This document shows positions 39,808 through 53,569 of a stretch of DNA of 64,000 nucleotides, piece by piece. The DNA lies in NCBI GenBank assembly GCA_964016885.1, contig OZ024740.1, positions 383,904,001 to 383,968,000 of the forward strand. Direction: 5' to 3'. How positions within the stretch are numbered: the first letter of the stretch is position 1; every line of letters starts with the position of its first letter. The notes beneath the pieces are model-generated. The model saw nothing but the letters and a program-made list of their open reading frames with translations, did not search any database and had not been told where the DNA came from. Origin of the DNA: Eledone cirrhosa. Taxonomy: Eukaryota. Position numbers and translations under genes: made by a program.

Positions 39808-40211
39808 CATGGTGGCTGCCAAATCGCTTTTGAGTACGGCCATTACTTTATATCCATGTAGGAGAACCCCTACCGATGCGCTGAACGAGTGTGACATTTT
39901 AGTCCAGCCTGCGACATGAACACTCTGGTACAAATACTACACTTGTGACAAATATTGACACATAGTGCTGGGCCCATGGTAGCATGTGACGATAAGTGCA
40001 GAGAGATCTCCAGATATAAAGCAATGGCTGTGCCGTGAAGCTTTTATAGTGAGGAAAGGTACTGCACAAAGCCAGTCCCACTCTCTTAACCAAGATGATA
40101 TTTACCAAAAAGAAGAAGAATTCAACATCATTGGATACCAACAGGGTTGCAGGTGTTATATCAGAGTTTTCCTTCTCCTAGAATTCTGCCTTGACAAAGG
40201 CTAAGGGGTCA
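39808..40211 (-). mobile_element. 5'-truncated copy of the RTE-derived non-autonomous element
   Basis: Closely matches 19990-20390 and sits within (TA)n. Confidence 0.85.
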
Positions 40212-40225
40212 TATATACATACATA

Positions 40226-40279
<54 letters not shown>

Positions 40280-40291
40280 TGTGTGAGTGTA

Positions 40292-40355
<64 letters not shown>

Positions 40356-40589
40356 CGTAGTGTTAAATGTTTCTGTAGAATAGATAACGGAAATACTGAC
40401 TCTTTGGTAAATAAAATTCTAAATAAATACTCAAAATTATTGCATTCTACCTAAGGTTTCAAAGGTTATTCTTGCATACATAAAACATATGCTATATCTG
40501 CTAGTGTTGCTTATTTCCCAGGCAATACCATGATTGGTGACCTTATTTCTTATATCTCATCCAGTAAAAGAAATGTAATAATAATGGTT

Positions 40590-40732
40590 TCTGATTTATG
40601 AACAAGGCCAATAATTCTGAGGTTTAAAGACAAAGCTAATCCAGGTGCAATTTGAACTCATAACGTAAAGGGCCGTACCTCAGTGTTGCGAAGCATGTCC
40701 TACGCCCAACTGATACTGCCAAATTACCGCCC
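40590..40732 (-). mobile_element. Decayed tRNA-derived SINE
   Basis: ATTTGAACTCA..CGTAAAGGGCCGTA..GATACTGCCAAATTACCGCCC is the reverse complement of the SINE head. Confidence 0.65.
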
Positions 40733-40942
40733 TTAAAAACTTGTAGGGAATTCGAGCACGAGGGTATGTAGTAATAATGTAACAAAGAATTTGTGTTTTT
40801 GTTATTCAGGAGAAGTAACTCCCGTGCTTAAACAAATCCACAGCATATGTCAACATGAATGGCCCTGTTATTTTATCTAAAGACATTTTTTTCCAATTAA
40901 GACCCACCCGTCTCCTCAATCTATCTTATTTCTCATATTTTC

Positions 40943-40976
40943 TTCTCATGAAGGACTAGCGTCCGAAACGTTAAGA
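40943..40976 (+). ncRNA. Mutated minimal hammerhead motif
   Basis: TCTT-CTCATGA-AGGAC-TAGC-GTCC-GAAACGTT-AAGA; core G5 is changed to C. Confidence 0.45.
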
Positions 40977-41069
40977 CCCTCGTCCTGCTATATCAAGCGT
41001 TAACCTAATATATCCCTTCCATATTTTCATATACTCTACCGATTGTGTTGATATTTCTGTTTACCTTTT

Positions 41070-41580
<511 letters not shown>

Positions 41581-41839
41581 ATATATATATCTGTAATGTT
41601 TCCTCGCCGATCATGTAACACCCTTACCTGCTTAGGTTTTTCTAGTCATATGCCTGGTGGTCATCGATCTGTCCAGTTCGTCTGTCTACCAGCATGTCAG
41701 GAAAAAATTATACATTTTCTATATATTTTCTCTGAGAAGAACATATTTTACTTCATGTTATACATAAAACTTTGCATCTTCGAAATATATATAATGAAAT
41801 AAATAGAGATGATATAAAGTGTATATCTTTCATTTATTA

Positions 41840-41919
<80 letters not shown>

Positions 41920-42584
41920 TGTATGTATGTATGTATGTATGTATGTATGTATGTATGTATCTATCTATCTATGCATGCATACATATAAACATATTGTAGA
42001 GAAATGTATACGCTAGTGTTCGGAAATATGTATAAATAAATATGTTCAGAGGCAATCCCACTCATTATCACTTGCTGCAAATGTTATAATAAAACATTGT
42101 TTATAATTTGAATGTCGGAGAATAATTTTGAATGTAGCAGTTATGTGTATCAGTATTATTCAAATTTCGGGCCTTCCCTCTGTACAGGATTTCCCTTCTA
42201 CATTCACCATCATCAACGTCAATTTCGCTATACTCAATCTTAAATTCATCATCATCAACTTATATTTTATCCACAATCAGTCGCAAACTCGTCATCGCCA
42301 TCTCCAATTTCAATGTTATCGTTAATATAGATACTTAACAAAAGACACCGGAGACAATGCTAGTGAGCGCTACAACCAGCATGGCACCCTTAGCAGAAGA
42401 CTGGTACTAGTGAATTGCTGATGACGCTACACGTGAGGGCTGATACCATAAGAGAACATCAGAAACCAGTACGAAAGCATGAGGTTGTGTTTTCTTGCTT
42501 CTGCAAACGTATTCTTGTTTCTTCTTACTGGGAATAAAACAAAAAATAATCATATTTATATTTTTCACGTGCCGTTCTCTGAAA

Positions 42585-42740
42585 TAATTGTTTCTACTTT
42601 TGGCACAAGGCCAGCAATTACCCCAGTACATTACTGGTGCTTCATTGTATCGACCTTGTAAGGATAACAGGCAAAGTTACGCAAGGGACCATAACGCTCT
42701 GCTGCACAGCATGGTGTATGATGCTCTACCAATATAGCTA
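42585..42740 (-). mobile_element. Decayed tRNA-derived SINE
   Basis: AATTGTTTCTACTTTTGGCACAAGGCCAGCAATT..ACTGGT..TCGACC..AGGCAAAGTT. Confidence 0.7.
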
Positions 42741-43149
42741 CTCTTGAGGGCCCAATAAAGTGACATAATTCAATCCATCACACTTTACTCAATCAGTAGG
42801 ACGGTGTATGTACCAACAAGTATTTCTAAATACGAATATTTCAAAAATTCTTGTCACGAATTCTTGAAAAAACGAAGTTAATTAGTGTAATAGGTAATCT
42901 AATACAATTGATTGAAGCTGGCATGAAAGTTTGAAGCACAAATATAATAGATTTCTAAGCAATATGATCATGGGGGTATTTCTCATGACAACTTAATTTA
43001 TCCATTGCTCTTTGTCATTGTTATCATATTAATATCATTATTAATGAATAAGTCAAGCTAAGATTTAAGTTGAAGAACGATTGTTGTAATGAATCCGTAA
43101 ATGACTTCTATATCGGCGATTAAAACTTCTATATTGACGTCAACAAATT

Positions 43150-43482
43150 CGAGTTCCGCCAGAATATAAGAATGAAACTGCCGTCGCATATTGTTCAGAT
43201 CTTAGCGTGGAAATTGGGAATACGTGTCATGTAATTGGCTTCTAATTACCATATAGTAAAGGAATGAATGGTTCAAATGGCGACGAGAACAAATATCTTG
43301 GAGTCTATATATGGATTATAGAATAACAATATGAAAAACAAATTATTTTCAGAGCATAAACTTTCTCGCTGTGTTCAAATCAATATAAAGAAATACTTGA
43401 TTCATGCTATAAATACAAGGGCTGTATCTGTGATGAGTTACACTACTGGGACTGAGTAGATAGACTTGCGCAACAAGAAGAA
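43150..43482 (+). mobile_element. Old R4/Dong-clade LINE fragment
   Basis: Broken translation NKYLGV..MKNKL..IHAINTRAVSVMSY parallels YKYLGV..AVNSRAVSIIRY in the intact ORF. Confidence 0.55.
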
Positions 43483-43484
43483 AA

Positions 43485-43672
43485 ATAATTGTTTTTACTT
43501 TTTGGTACAAGGCCAGCAATTACCCAGTGCATTACTGGTACATTAATTTATCGACCCCGTAAGGATGAAAGGCAAAGTTAACCTCGGTGATATTTGAACT
43601 CAGAATGGCAAGGTCCTTAACTCTATGCGTCAAAGTATGGCGTCCGACCCTCTACCGATACTGCCAATCCAC
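43485..43672 (-). mobile_element. tRNA-derived SINE
   Basis: TCGACCCCGTAAGGATGAAAGGCAAAGTT..ATTTGAACTCAGAA..CTACCGATACTGCCAATCCAC. Confidence 0.85.
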
Positions 43673-45549
43673 CGAGAAGAAAGATAATGACCATGCATAA
43701 GGTATTGCTTCCAAAAAATCGGCTGTATATGCAACGCTGGATGTATCAAGAATGGAAGGCATTCTTTACTTACCACTGAGTGGTTACGAATGATTTCTAC
43801 AGTATGCCTCATCAATATGAATGTTCGAATGCACTGATGTGAACATATTTTGATGTATATCTGTGATTACACGGATACCCAGTGTATGTACATACTTCCA
43901 TTTCTTTGTAGAGGAGTATATATGTGGGTTTGTATGTGTATATATATTTGCATATATTCCTGATCCTTTTTATGTGTGCATATGTCATCTTGCATATAAT
44001 ATAACAGTCATTGCACTTACTAATACGTGATTAGTATTCCAGCCCTAATAATAATAATAATATATTTCAGACTACTATAAAACCGATTGATGTTATAAAA
44101 TGGACAATTAACTATATGATTGTTATTACAATGCTATTAATACGTGTCTAATAACAATGCCCTGGATACGGTAAATATTATGATAGTTGAGGATCATAAT
44201 TAGGAAATAATTATCTTTAGAATTCATTGGCAAATGATGACCATAAATTTAGTACGCCTTATAACTCAAAGATAAGTAAAGATGGGTTGAATTCATATAT
44301 CATTGTACAATTTAATACAAAAACCTAAAATAATAAATTCTACTAAATTTATGAAAGGAATAAAATGAACATTAAACTACACAATATCAAAGCCCAATCA
44401 GATACAGATTCAGTCCTGCTATGCAAGGTGGCTAATAAGATGTACCACCTACTAGCTTGACTCCACATAGAGCTCTTTTCACAGAAAATGACACCCCTTC
44501 AGACTAAAACATCAGTGTCTGGTTATATACAAATTTTCTATGATTCCTTCAAATAGCTATCAGTCCATAGAATGTGGGTGTGTATGTTTGTTATATATGG
44601 GTAATGCGTGGGTGTTGTCAGAAGGAAAACAAGCTGTTTAAGTCCTACTTATGGATATTATCTAGGAAAATCTCCAAAGGGGATCTCTCAGAATGTTTCC
44701 GGAAGATGATAACACAGAATCTGATGCATACAACGAATTGTAAATAGTTCGAATACTGGGCTTACCATAGATGTTTGGGCCTGTTTTTAAGGACTATGTT
44801 AAAAGAGGTACGATATGTTAATAATAAATGAAATCTTAAAATTATGTTATTGTTGCCTGTATCGTATTTTATATGGTAAAGCATGTAGTTTTATATGTAT
44901 GTATATTTACGGTAAGTGTTTTATATGTATGTATATTTACGGTAAGTGTTTTTATACAAAATCTGTAATTCTTTACAAAACATTAGAATACTTATATACC
45001 TTTACAATTCTGCTAAAAAGTAATCACTGATATATAATCTTCAAAATTCATGATGAGTAAAAAATGCTGTCTGACAGTATCGTTGAAACTCAGAGTGTAT
45101 CATTGACAAATACCTCTTAGTTTCACTTTGCTAGCGCACCTGCCTGTACGTTGACGTCAATGCATGTCTCTGCAATAGTGAACAAGATGATTAGATGATA
45201 ATTGTCAGAATCTTGATTAAAAGATAGCTTACAGGAAGTTAAGAGCTAAGATATCAATAATGAGTTTAGGTAAATAATTCTTTCTAGAACTGTTATATAC
45301 ATTGTGTGGGATACTTTCAGCACATATATGTTACGACAGCGTGTGCAGTTGTATGTGCATGCTATGAATTCGTCGAAGTATTTTTGTTTGTAATGTCTAG
45401 GTCAGTGCATGTGTATATCTATAAATAGGTTATATGATTGAAACAAATTGAAAGGATCGAATCTTTTAAATATATGAATTGACTTGGATAAATATGGTGT
45501 ATATTATTTATCTGTCTATGTAAGTTTCTCTTTCCCTTTCCTGTCATAC

Positions 45550-45604
<55 letters not shown>

Positions 45605-45613
45605 TATACATAT

Positions 45614-45660
<47 letters not shown>

Positions 45661-45678
45661 TATATATATATACACACT

Positions 45679-45719
<41 letters not shown>

Positions 45720-47330
45720 GGGATAACAAATTATTGTTATAGGTAGTCCACTTAGGTGTAATCCAGTTAGGGTACTCCGAGTAGTGGATGGTATCAACGC
45801 TTGGTTAAGTTTGACTCAACAAGGCGTTTCCATAGTGATGTTGCGAGTACGCGTTGATTTCTATGTTGTTTACACTTGGAGTAATAATAAATCAAGAAAG
45901 AAGAGTGACACGGTTTGCTATACAATAAGGGTTTTAATCACATTTCTGATAATTGTTTCTCTGAACTGGTATGTCTAGAGATCGCTACCCGCCTGTTTCG
46001 GCATCAATCGATCACCAATACATAGTTATAACCAATCAATTCATCAGAGCTGGCGAGAATGAAGGGGATACACAGGCATGGCTTCTATATATAATAGTGC
46101 CATTGAATCAGAACAATAACAACAATACTAACAATTCTAGCAATAAATTAGTTGAAATAATCACAACATCAATCTAGCATGTAGAACGAGCTGATATGAG
46201 GCAGATATCTGAAATTGACATGTAAAAGCTGTCATGGGGTGTATTATATATAGTGTAGAGATAAGCCGGAGCTTTAAACAATGTACCATTTCCTTTAGCG
46301 TAGGTTTGGTGACCGTAAGCATTATTTATTATCTGACAGATAAAATATTTTTCATTGTACTGAGGATAGTAATTTTTATGGTGTAAAATGGATTCAATAT
46401 TTAAGTGGTCTATATTAGATGAAGTGATTGTTAGTTCGAATCATGGGGTTGTTTAGCTTTCACATCATCAATAACATACATGTATAAAATAACATTAACA
46501 GAGTAGCAATATAATAGGTAAGTTAATACAGCGGTTAAGGAGGCAATATATATATAGAGAGAGAAAACATGCTGACTACAATTATAACAGCAGGAGGAAG
46601 GTGATGTTTTACTTTGGTAGTATTCTGTTAATCTACTTGGATTTAGGTTCATCTGTTGAGAATCAAGGGTGAGGAAGTTTTGTTGACAGCAGCTGAGAAG
46701 AGATATATTTATGGGTTGATGAGATATTTGCAGAGATTAATCTGGTATAGAATTAAGGAGGCTAGTAGCTGCTTAAAGAATATTATAGTTCTCTGGTGGT
46801 CTGTGTAAGAGTGTGGATTTCATATGTTGAATGCTAAGTTAGGTTGGTTCGATTCACACTGGCTTAAATCTTGTGAATTTAGTAGCGATCCTGTGTCTGC
46901 AGAAATTGATCTTTCTATCTTGTTGTTGAGTAGCCTTTTTTCATTCCTAAGGATATACAGTAATTCAAGATCGCAGAGCCTACAATAGGGCATACCGGTA
47001 CAATATGCCTTTGCGGCCGACAACCTCGACCAGTTGATATTGTAGTTAATGTTATTGTCCTTAAGTTCCCATATTTTTTTGGCGAGGGTTGTAGAACCTA
47101 TTAGTGCACGGTTCTCCATCGAGTGTCTGTGCACATACCACCTTTTTTTAAAAGTACCCGCGGTGGATCCAATGTAATGCCAAGTAGAGTTGCCCGGGTT
47201 CACCGTACACATGTACACTAGGCTCGAATCAAGGCATATGTTCGCCAATGGGAACCTATCTGGTAGGTGAGGTGACAGTTGCAGTTTGAGGTGTTATTCC
47301 CTGCAGCTTCCTAACTGCTGTTTTGTACTC
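45720..47330 (-). mobile_element. 3' part of a Penelope-like element (GIY-YIG + 3' UTR with decayed hammerhead)
   Basis: NCNC..PLANICLDSSLVYMC..YIGSTAGTFKKRWYVH..TTLAKKIWELKD..CRLCDLE (46820-47248). Minus-strand CTGATGA...CGAAACAG at about 45990-46050. Confidence 0.82.
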
Positions 47331-47667
47331 TGCTATAAGTGGGTTGTGATTCGTGCTCGTTGAGGTTTTGCTGCTGCGTGCTTGTATGCGTTTGCGTTTA
47401 TATATTGCGTGCTTGTATGCGTGCTTGTATGCGTTTGCGCTTGTGATACTGTGATGTGTTTATGTTTTTGGTGCACCAAAAAGTGCGAAGAGACCTCTTT
47501 CAGCTTTATCTCCCCTGTTTGCTGAAAATTAAAGTAAGTGAGACTGTCACTACTCTAAAACAATACCGTAAGGTCTTCGAAATGCTTTTAATTAAGCATA
47601 TAGTGTATTGCAAAATACACTATATATACTTTCATATATATATAGCTATTTCAGAGCACCAATTCTA

Positions 47668-47708
<41 letters not shown>

Positions 47709-47976
47709 TGAGAGAATATGCTCCGAAATCATTAGACGTGTCCGTCGAACCTGCGGGTCCAGAATCAGACAGATCCACACATTGATCGCGTCTCGAGCTG
47801 TCCGCCGGCGAAACAATTGTAACACACAATAAATTGAGTTCAGATGCATCACTGATTTCTCGTTTTATATTATATCATACTCTGCTCCGTAAGAGCATAG
47901 AGTGCTCAACCGACATACCGCCTATGGAAGCATCTTAGCTACAATCAAACACATATATATATACATATATATATTT

Positions 47977-48029
47977 GTAAGTATGTATGTATACGTACAT
48001 ACATATATGTATACAGACGTACAGTAGCA

Positions 48030-48081
<52 letters not shown>

Positions 48082-48493
48082 CATACAGGTACACACATAT
48101 ATATATATATGTACGTATCAGTTTAGTAAGTGCCGTACTAAGAGTGAGAAATGAAATTTCGTTTCATTCTATTACAACTTATCGTTTTCGGTGCGCCTGG
48201 CCGACTGAACTCACTCGATATGCAAATTAGGCTGCTCAGCCGTTAATTTTCATAAGGAAACTATATACGTTCGAACGTTCAACCATCTGGCAGAAGGGTA
48301 TAAGGTTCTGGTGATAGCTAAGAAGCTTGAAACTAGTACATCGTTCCTGTGTCAGTGTTGAACAAAAAGGTGACGTGGTTGCCTTAACACCGTACAGCAT
48401 AAATCAGGCTGTCCGTTTGTTTACAAACGGACAAAGCGGGCGTTATAATAAACGTCCGCTAAACTGATACGTACATATATATATGTGTACGTG

Positions 48494-48547
<54 letters not shown>

Positions 48548-48662
48548 TGCTTCTGTACGTCTGTATACATATATGTATGTACGTATACATACATACTTAC
48601 ATTTAAGTAAGTGCCGTACTAAGAGTGAGAAATGAAATTTCGTTTCATTCTATTACAACTTA
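47977..48662. repeat. Composite repeat with both inverted and direct terminal segments (A, B, middle, inverted A, B)
   Basis: 47977-48126 is the reverse complement of about 48459-48601. The 56-bp segment GTAAGTGCCGTACTAAGAGTGAGAAATGAAATTTCGTTTCATTCTATTACAACTTA is directly repeated at about 48126 and 48607. Confidence 0.8.
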
Positions 48663-48758
48663 TATATATATATATATAGTGTATTTACGTATCGAGAGAG
48701 TTAGCAGAGCGTAAGCACTTGGAAAAGTAACAAATCGGAGTACAGACTTTAATACATG

Positions 48759-48823
<65 letters not shown>

Positions 48824-48851
48824 GTGTATATATATATACATATATATATAC

Positions 48852-49027
48852 GTTATTCCGGGTTGAATCGGAGGTAACCACAGTAAGTAAGGTACTCAAT
48901 AGATAGCAGAGTATAAAAGTTTTAATATAGATGAGATTCTACAGGACTAGAACTGTTTCATTCTTTAGAAATCATCACCTGATGATTTCTAAAGAATGAA
49001 ACAGTTCTAGTCCTGTAGAATCTCATC

Positions 49028-49032
<5 letters not shown>
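48852..49032. repeat. Second palindromic copy of the 21250-21464 pseudo-LTR family
   Basis: Same GTTATTCCGGGTTGAATCGGAGG start. Arms 48925-48977 / 48980-49032, turning at TCATCA-CC-TGATGA. Confidence 0.9.
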
Positions 49033-49094
<62 letters not shown>

Positions 49095-49120
49095 GTGTAT
49101 ATATATATATATATATATAC

Positions 49121-49169
<49 letters not shown>

Positions 49170-49184
49170 TACATATATATATAT

Positions 49185-49251
<67 letters not shown>

Positions 49252-49708
49252 CATATATACATATACATACATATATATGTGTGTGTGTGTGTGTGTGTAT
49301 ATATATGTATATATATGTATATATAGTGTATATATTTAAAACGAATGGTTAAGAGGAAGAAAGATCGGATGGCGGGAAAAAAATAAGACAAATAAGAAAA
49401 TCCTAGAATGAAAAATTATAGCTTTTAAATATCTGGTTTAGAAATTCAGATGAATTTTAGAAATTCAGATGAGAATGTAGCATTGAAAATAATTTAACTT
49501 AAAAGAAATTCAGTCAAATTTATTCCTATAGAAAAATTACTTATATATTTAAATATACACACAAGCAGCGAAATACATATGCACATATAGAGACACGTGG
49601 GTAGATAAATAGATAGATAAATATAATATGCTGCTCATATATTCATATTCATACGCCACCAGACACTACACAGAGAATCAAACACACGCACGCACACATT
49701 CACACGCA

Positions 49709-49760
<52 letters not shown>

Positions 49761-51079
49761 ACTATACGAGAATTAAGAAAGAAGACAACGAATAAGGGAA
49801 AACGAAACAATATTTTAAAGGTGAAACTTTCCATGGACAGCCGTCCAGTTGGACTTCTTGCAGTACTAATCCTTACCATCAGTAGTGCTGCTCCACCCGC
49901 AGTCACAGCGTGTGACACAAGCCCAAAAGCTGTCCGTGGAGTAAGAGAAAGGACAAACAATAACTTATAACAATTAATCTATAACATGCGGCGACTGGGA
50001 GAATGAATCGTGTTTTGTAAGCACGAAAGCGTCGTGAGACTAAAACAGAAGAAAGAGGTAGTAAAAAAACTGCAAATAGAAGAAAGTAAGATATTGTTTT
50101 AAAAATGTAAACGACTGAAATTACTGCGGGGGTTGGAGAGAGAACACCTTCACAGATTAGGGATAATACAATTAACATACAAAAGACAACGAAAGAAATC
50201 AAGACAAAACGATATATATGTGAAGTGTAACTTTTTTATGAATGTTTTATGGTGGTTTCAGTAAGCAGAGATCAATATGCAGGGAAATAGGTGGTAATTT
50301 GTTAACTCCAAACCACGAGACTTGAAGATGCATATCGTTGCTGACCTTGTTCAGAAACAAATAGATTTGATGTTTATTAATCCAATGAGTAAGGTGGCCG
50401 CAATGAAAGGGAAAATTTTCAAAGAAATATACATGAATATAAAAAGACTTAAAATAAAAGCAAATAGAATAACAAAGGAATATATCAATGTAATCGATAT
50501 TCGGTAGTAAGGAAATCATAAAGTATGCTCACATTCTTCCGAAATATAGAGTAATGTAGATATATGTATGATCAAATTAAATATAATGAATATAAGAGGA
50601 TACGTAGAATTCAGTTATATCGTATTATCAGTGGCCAAAGCCAGCCATTCAATGTGTAATATGGTCGAAATAAATTGTATATTTACTACATACGCACATA
50701 ATAAAGCCACATACTGAGAAATAATATCACATATATTTAAACTAATATACATATAGACCTACATGAAGTTACTCATGTTGTGTGTGAGTGAATTGTTCAA
50801 GCGTTATGGTGTGCTGTATGAATATTAGGATTAAAGAGAAGATAGACAAGGAGAAAAAAAGGAACGTGAGAAGCAACTTATCCGCACTCTCTCTATATAG
50901 TAGCCACGCCACCAATTGTACGTAGCGATAAGTTTGTTTCGGGAGGGCGACTTTATTGTATATGATATAAACACCATGTTCCATGGCTTTGACTTTAGCT
51001 TTTATAGAGGTGTATGTAAGCATATACAATATGTTTATGTGTAATAAACATACATTAATCTCGCCGTGAATATTTTCTG

Positions 51080-51318
51080 CCGTGATCACGTCACAGCTAC
51101 CTCGGTAATCGTATGCGAATGCCAAACACTATATTTGAGGATTTATCAATCCATCATCAATGGTGTTTACACAACCTACGGCAAGCAAGCTAAAGATTCT
51201 TATGTATAGAATTTTGCAAATAATACATTCATGGTGATGTACATTTGTATATATTGTGGGTTTAGTGGGCTCGTAAATGTTAGCAGTAGCAATATAAGGA
51301 TATTATTCAGAATAAAGT

Positions 51319-51383
<65 letters not shown>

Positions 51384-51610
51384 AATCATAGGCAATATCT
51401 TTATATAATATGCACATATAAGTCTCATCGTGAGTGTTTTAGGATGTGATAATGTCACAGCTGCCTAAGAGATAAGCGAATACTATAATATTTCAGAATT
51501 TGTTAATCCATCATCAGTGGTATCTACTCGCATAGTGCTGAGAAAAGAATACTAAAGACTCTTATATATGGAATCTGCTAATAATACGTATAGAGCGATG
51601 CGTATTTAGA
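51080..51610 (-). repeat. Diverged tandem pair (about 360-bp period), each unit with a minimal hammerhead-like motif
   Basis: GTCACAGCT.CCT..AATCCATCATCA.TGGT..TAAAGA.TCTTAT occurs twice. The minus strand at 51480-51523 reads ATACCA-CTGATGA-TGGATT..AATTCT-GAAATATTA-TAGTAT. Confidence 0.6.
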
Positions 51611-51708
51611 ACGATTAAGGAAAACTCTACACAGAAGATATCCTACTAATTACAAATCAACACCGAATGCGGTATCTTTAAGATAGCGTGATCACGCTAA
51701 TGCAAATT

Positions 51709-51769
<61 letters not shown>

Positions 51770-51801
51770 GAAAAAAAGAGAGAGAGAGAGAGAGAAAAAA
51801 A

Positions 51802-51858
<57 letters not shown>

Positions 51859-51980
51859 TTTCTAAACGTAATACTAAAAAAATAAAAATCAACATAAGTA
51901 TATAAAAGCATGTTTGCTTATCTATTCATGCATTATTTATGTAAACATATACCCAGTTTAGTATATATATATATATATAG

Positions 51981-52032
<52 letters not shown>

Positions 52033-52112
52033 CCTTACATGTACCTCCATTAATACGCCGCCAACTCTCACCCCAAACAATTCTACGTACAAAGATACAC
52101 ACACACGCACAC

Positions 52113-52163
<51 letters not shown>

Positions 52164-52862
52164 TGCATACCTATATATATATATATATACAAGGATAAAG
52201 ATAAAGATAGAGAAAAAGGCAGGGAGAGAGTGAGTGAGAGATAGAAAGAAATATACATGCGGAATTCAAAGCAATCTATTCCCGAACGGAATTCATCTTG
52301 GTTATTATATACGCTTTGTCATATTTTTCTTCAAAATGAACTTAGTATATATTATAGTAGTTACAAAATATCTTTCACATAAAGAATAATCTTTATTATT
52401 CTATTTCCATTGCCCCTTTGTGTTTTCATTTTATATTATTTTTACTATTTCAAGGAAACATCTCTATAACATTCATAAGTTTTTTTTTGTTTTTGTTCTT
52501 TTCCATATCCAATTTTATTTTGCTTTACATTTATTTGAATGAATTATTATTATAGTTGTTGTTGATATTGTGTCTTACTTGTTCTATCTTCCAGATTCTT
52601 ATTAAGAAAATCAGATAGTTCTGACAAGAGACTATCGTGTATATACTCAAACCTCAATATTTCTCTAGTCTGATGCAGCAGCAAACGGTATGTAACTAAA
52701 GTGATATATTTAATTATATATAGAGAGAGAGATGCGAGAAAAAACACAAACCCTCCATCTCAATTCGACTTTTGAAAAGCACAAGAACTGCGAAACCGGC
52801 AAAGGAACCAAATAAATATTTTTAAAAAGACTCCAGTTGCATTTTCGATTTCATCTTTTTTC

Positions 52863-52941
<79 letters not shown>

Positions 52942-53099
52942 ATATATACATATATATATACATATATATATATATACATATATATATATACATATATATA
53001 TATATACATATATATATATACATATATATATATATACATATATATATTTACATATATATATATATACATATATATATACATATATACATATATATATAC

Positions 53100-53130
<31 letters not shown>

Positions 53131-53141
53131 CATATACATAC

Positions 53142-53176
<35 letters not shown>

Positions 53177-53207
53177 CATATATATATACACATATATATA
53201 TACATAT

Positions 53208-53264
<57 letters not shown>

Positions 53265-53382
53265 GTATTTTATTCTTTATATTTTACGTACTTGATTCAG
53301 TCAGTTGATTTGGCTCAGGCCATTCATGGGTGCAGCACCCGAGATTTTTATTCAATTGCATCGATAAAAATATTGATAATGT

Positions 53383-53437
<55 letters not shown>

Positions 53438-53569
53438 TCTCTCTTTCTCTCACTATATATATATATACTTGTATGTGTGTGCGTTGAGATTGTGTATATA
53501 TCTGTGTGTGTCGGTGCGTGGAGTTGAGTGTATGTATTGGTGTGGGAGTTTTAGAGTGTAATAACGGTT

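Noticed and set aside
44380-44820. Higher-complexity unique-looking stretch, possibly an exon or old transposase
   Set aside because: No open frame or motif I can support.
47545-47830. Further hammerhead-like remnants (GAAATGCTT..AAGCATA at about 47580; GAAACAATTGTA at about 47810)
   Set aside because: Only the GAAA/stem III half is recognisable and the CUGANGA half is missing or too decayed to call.
49833-49970. Short signal-peptide-like frame MDSRPVGLLAVLILTISSAAPPAVTAC.. as a possible host exon
   Set aside because: Only about 45 codons, with no recognisable family and no partner exon identified; would need RNA-seq.
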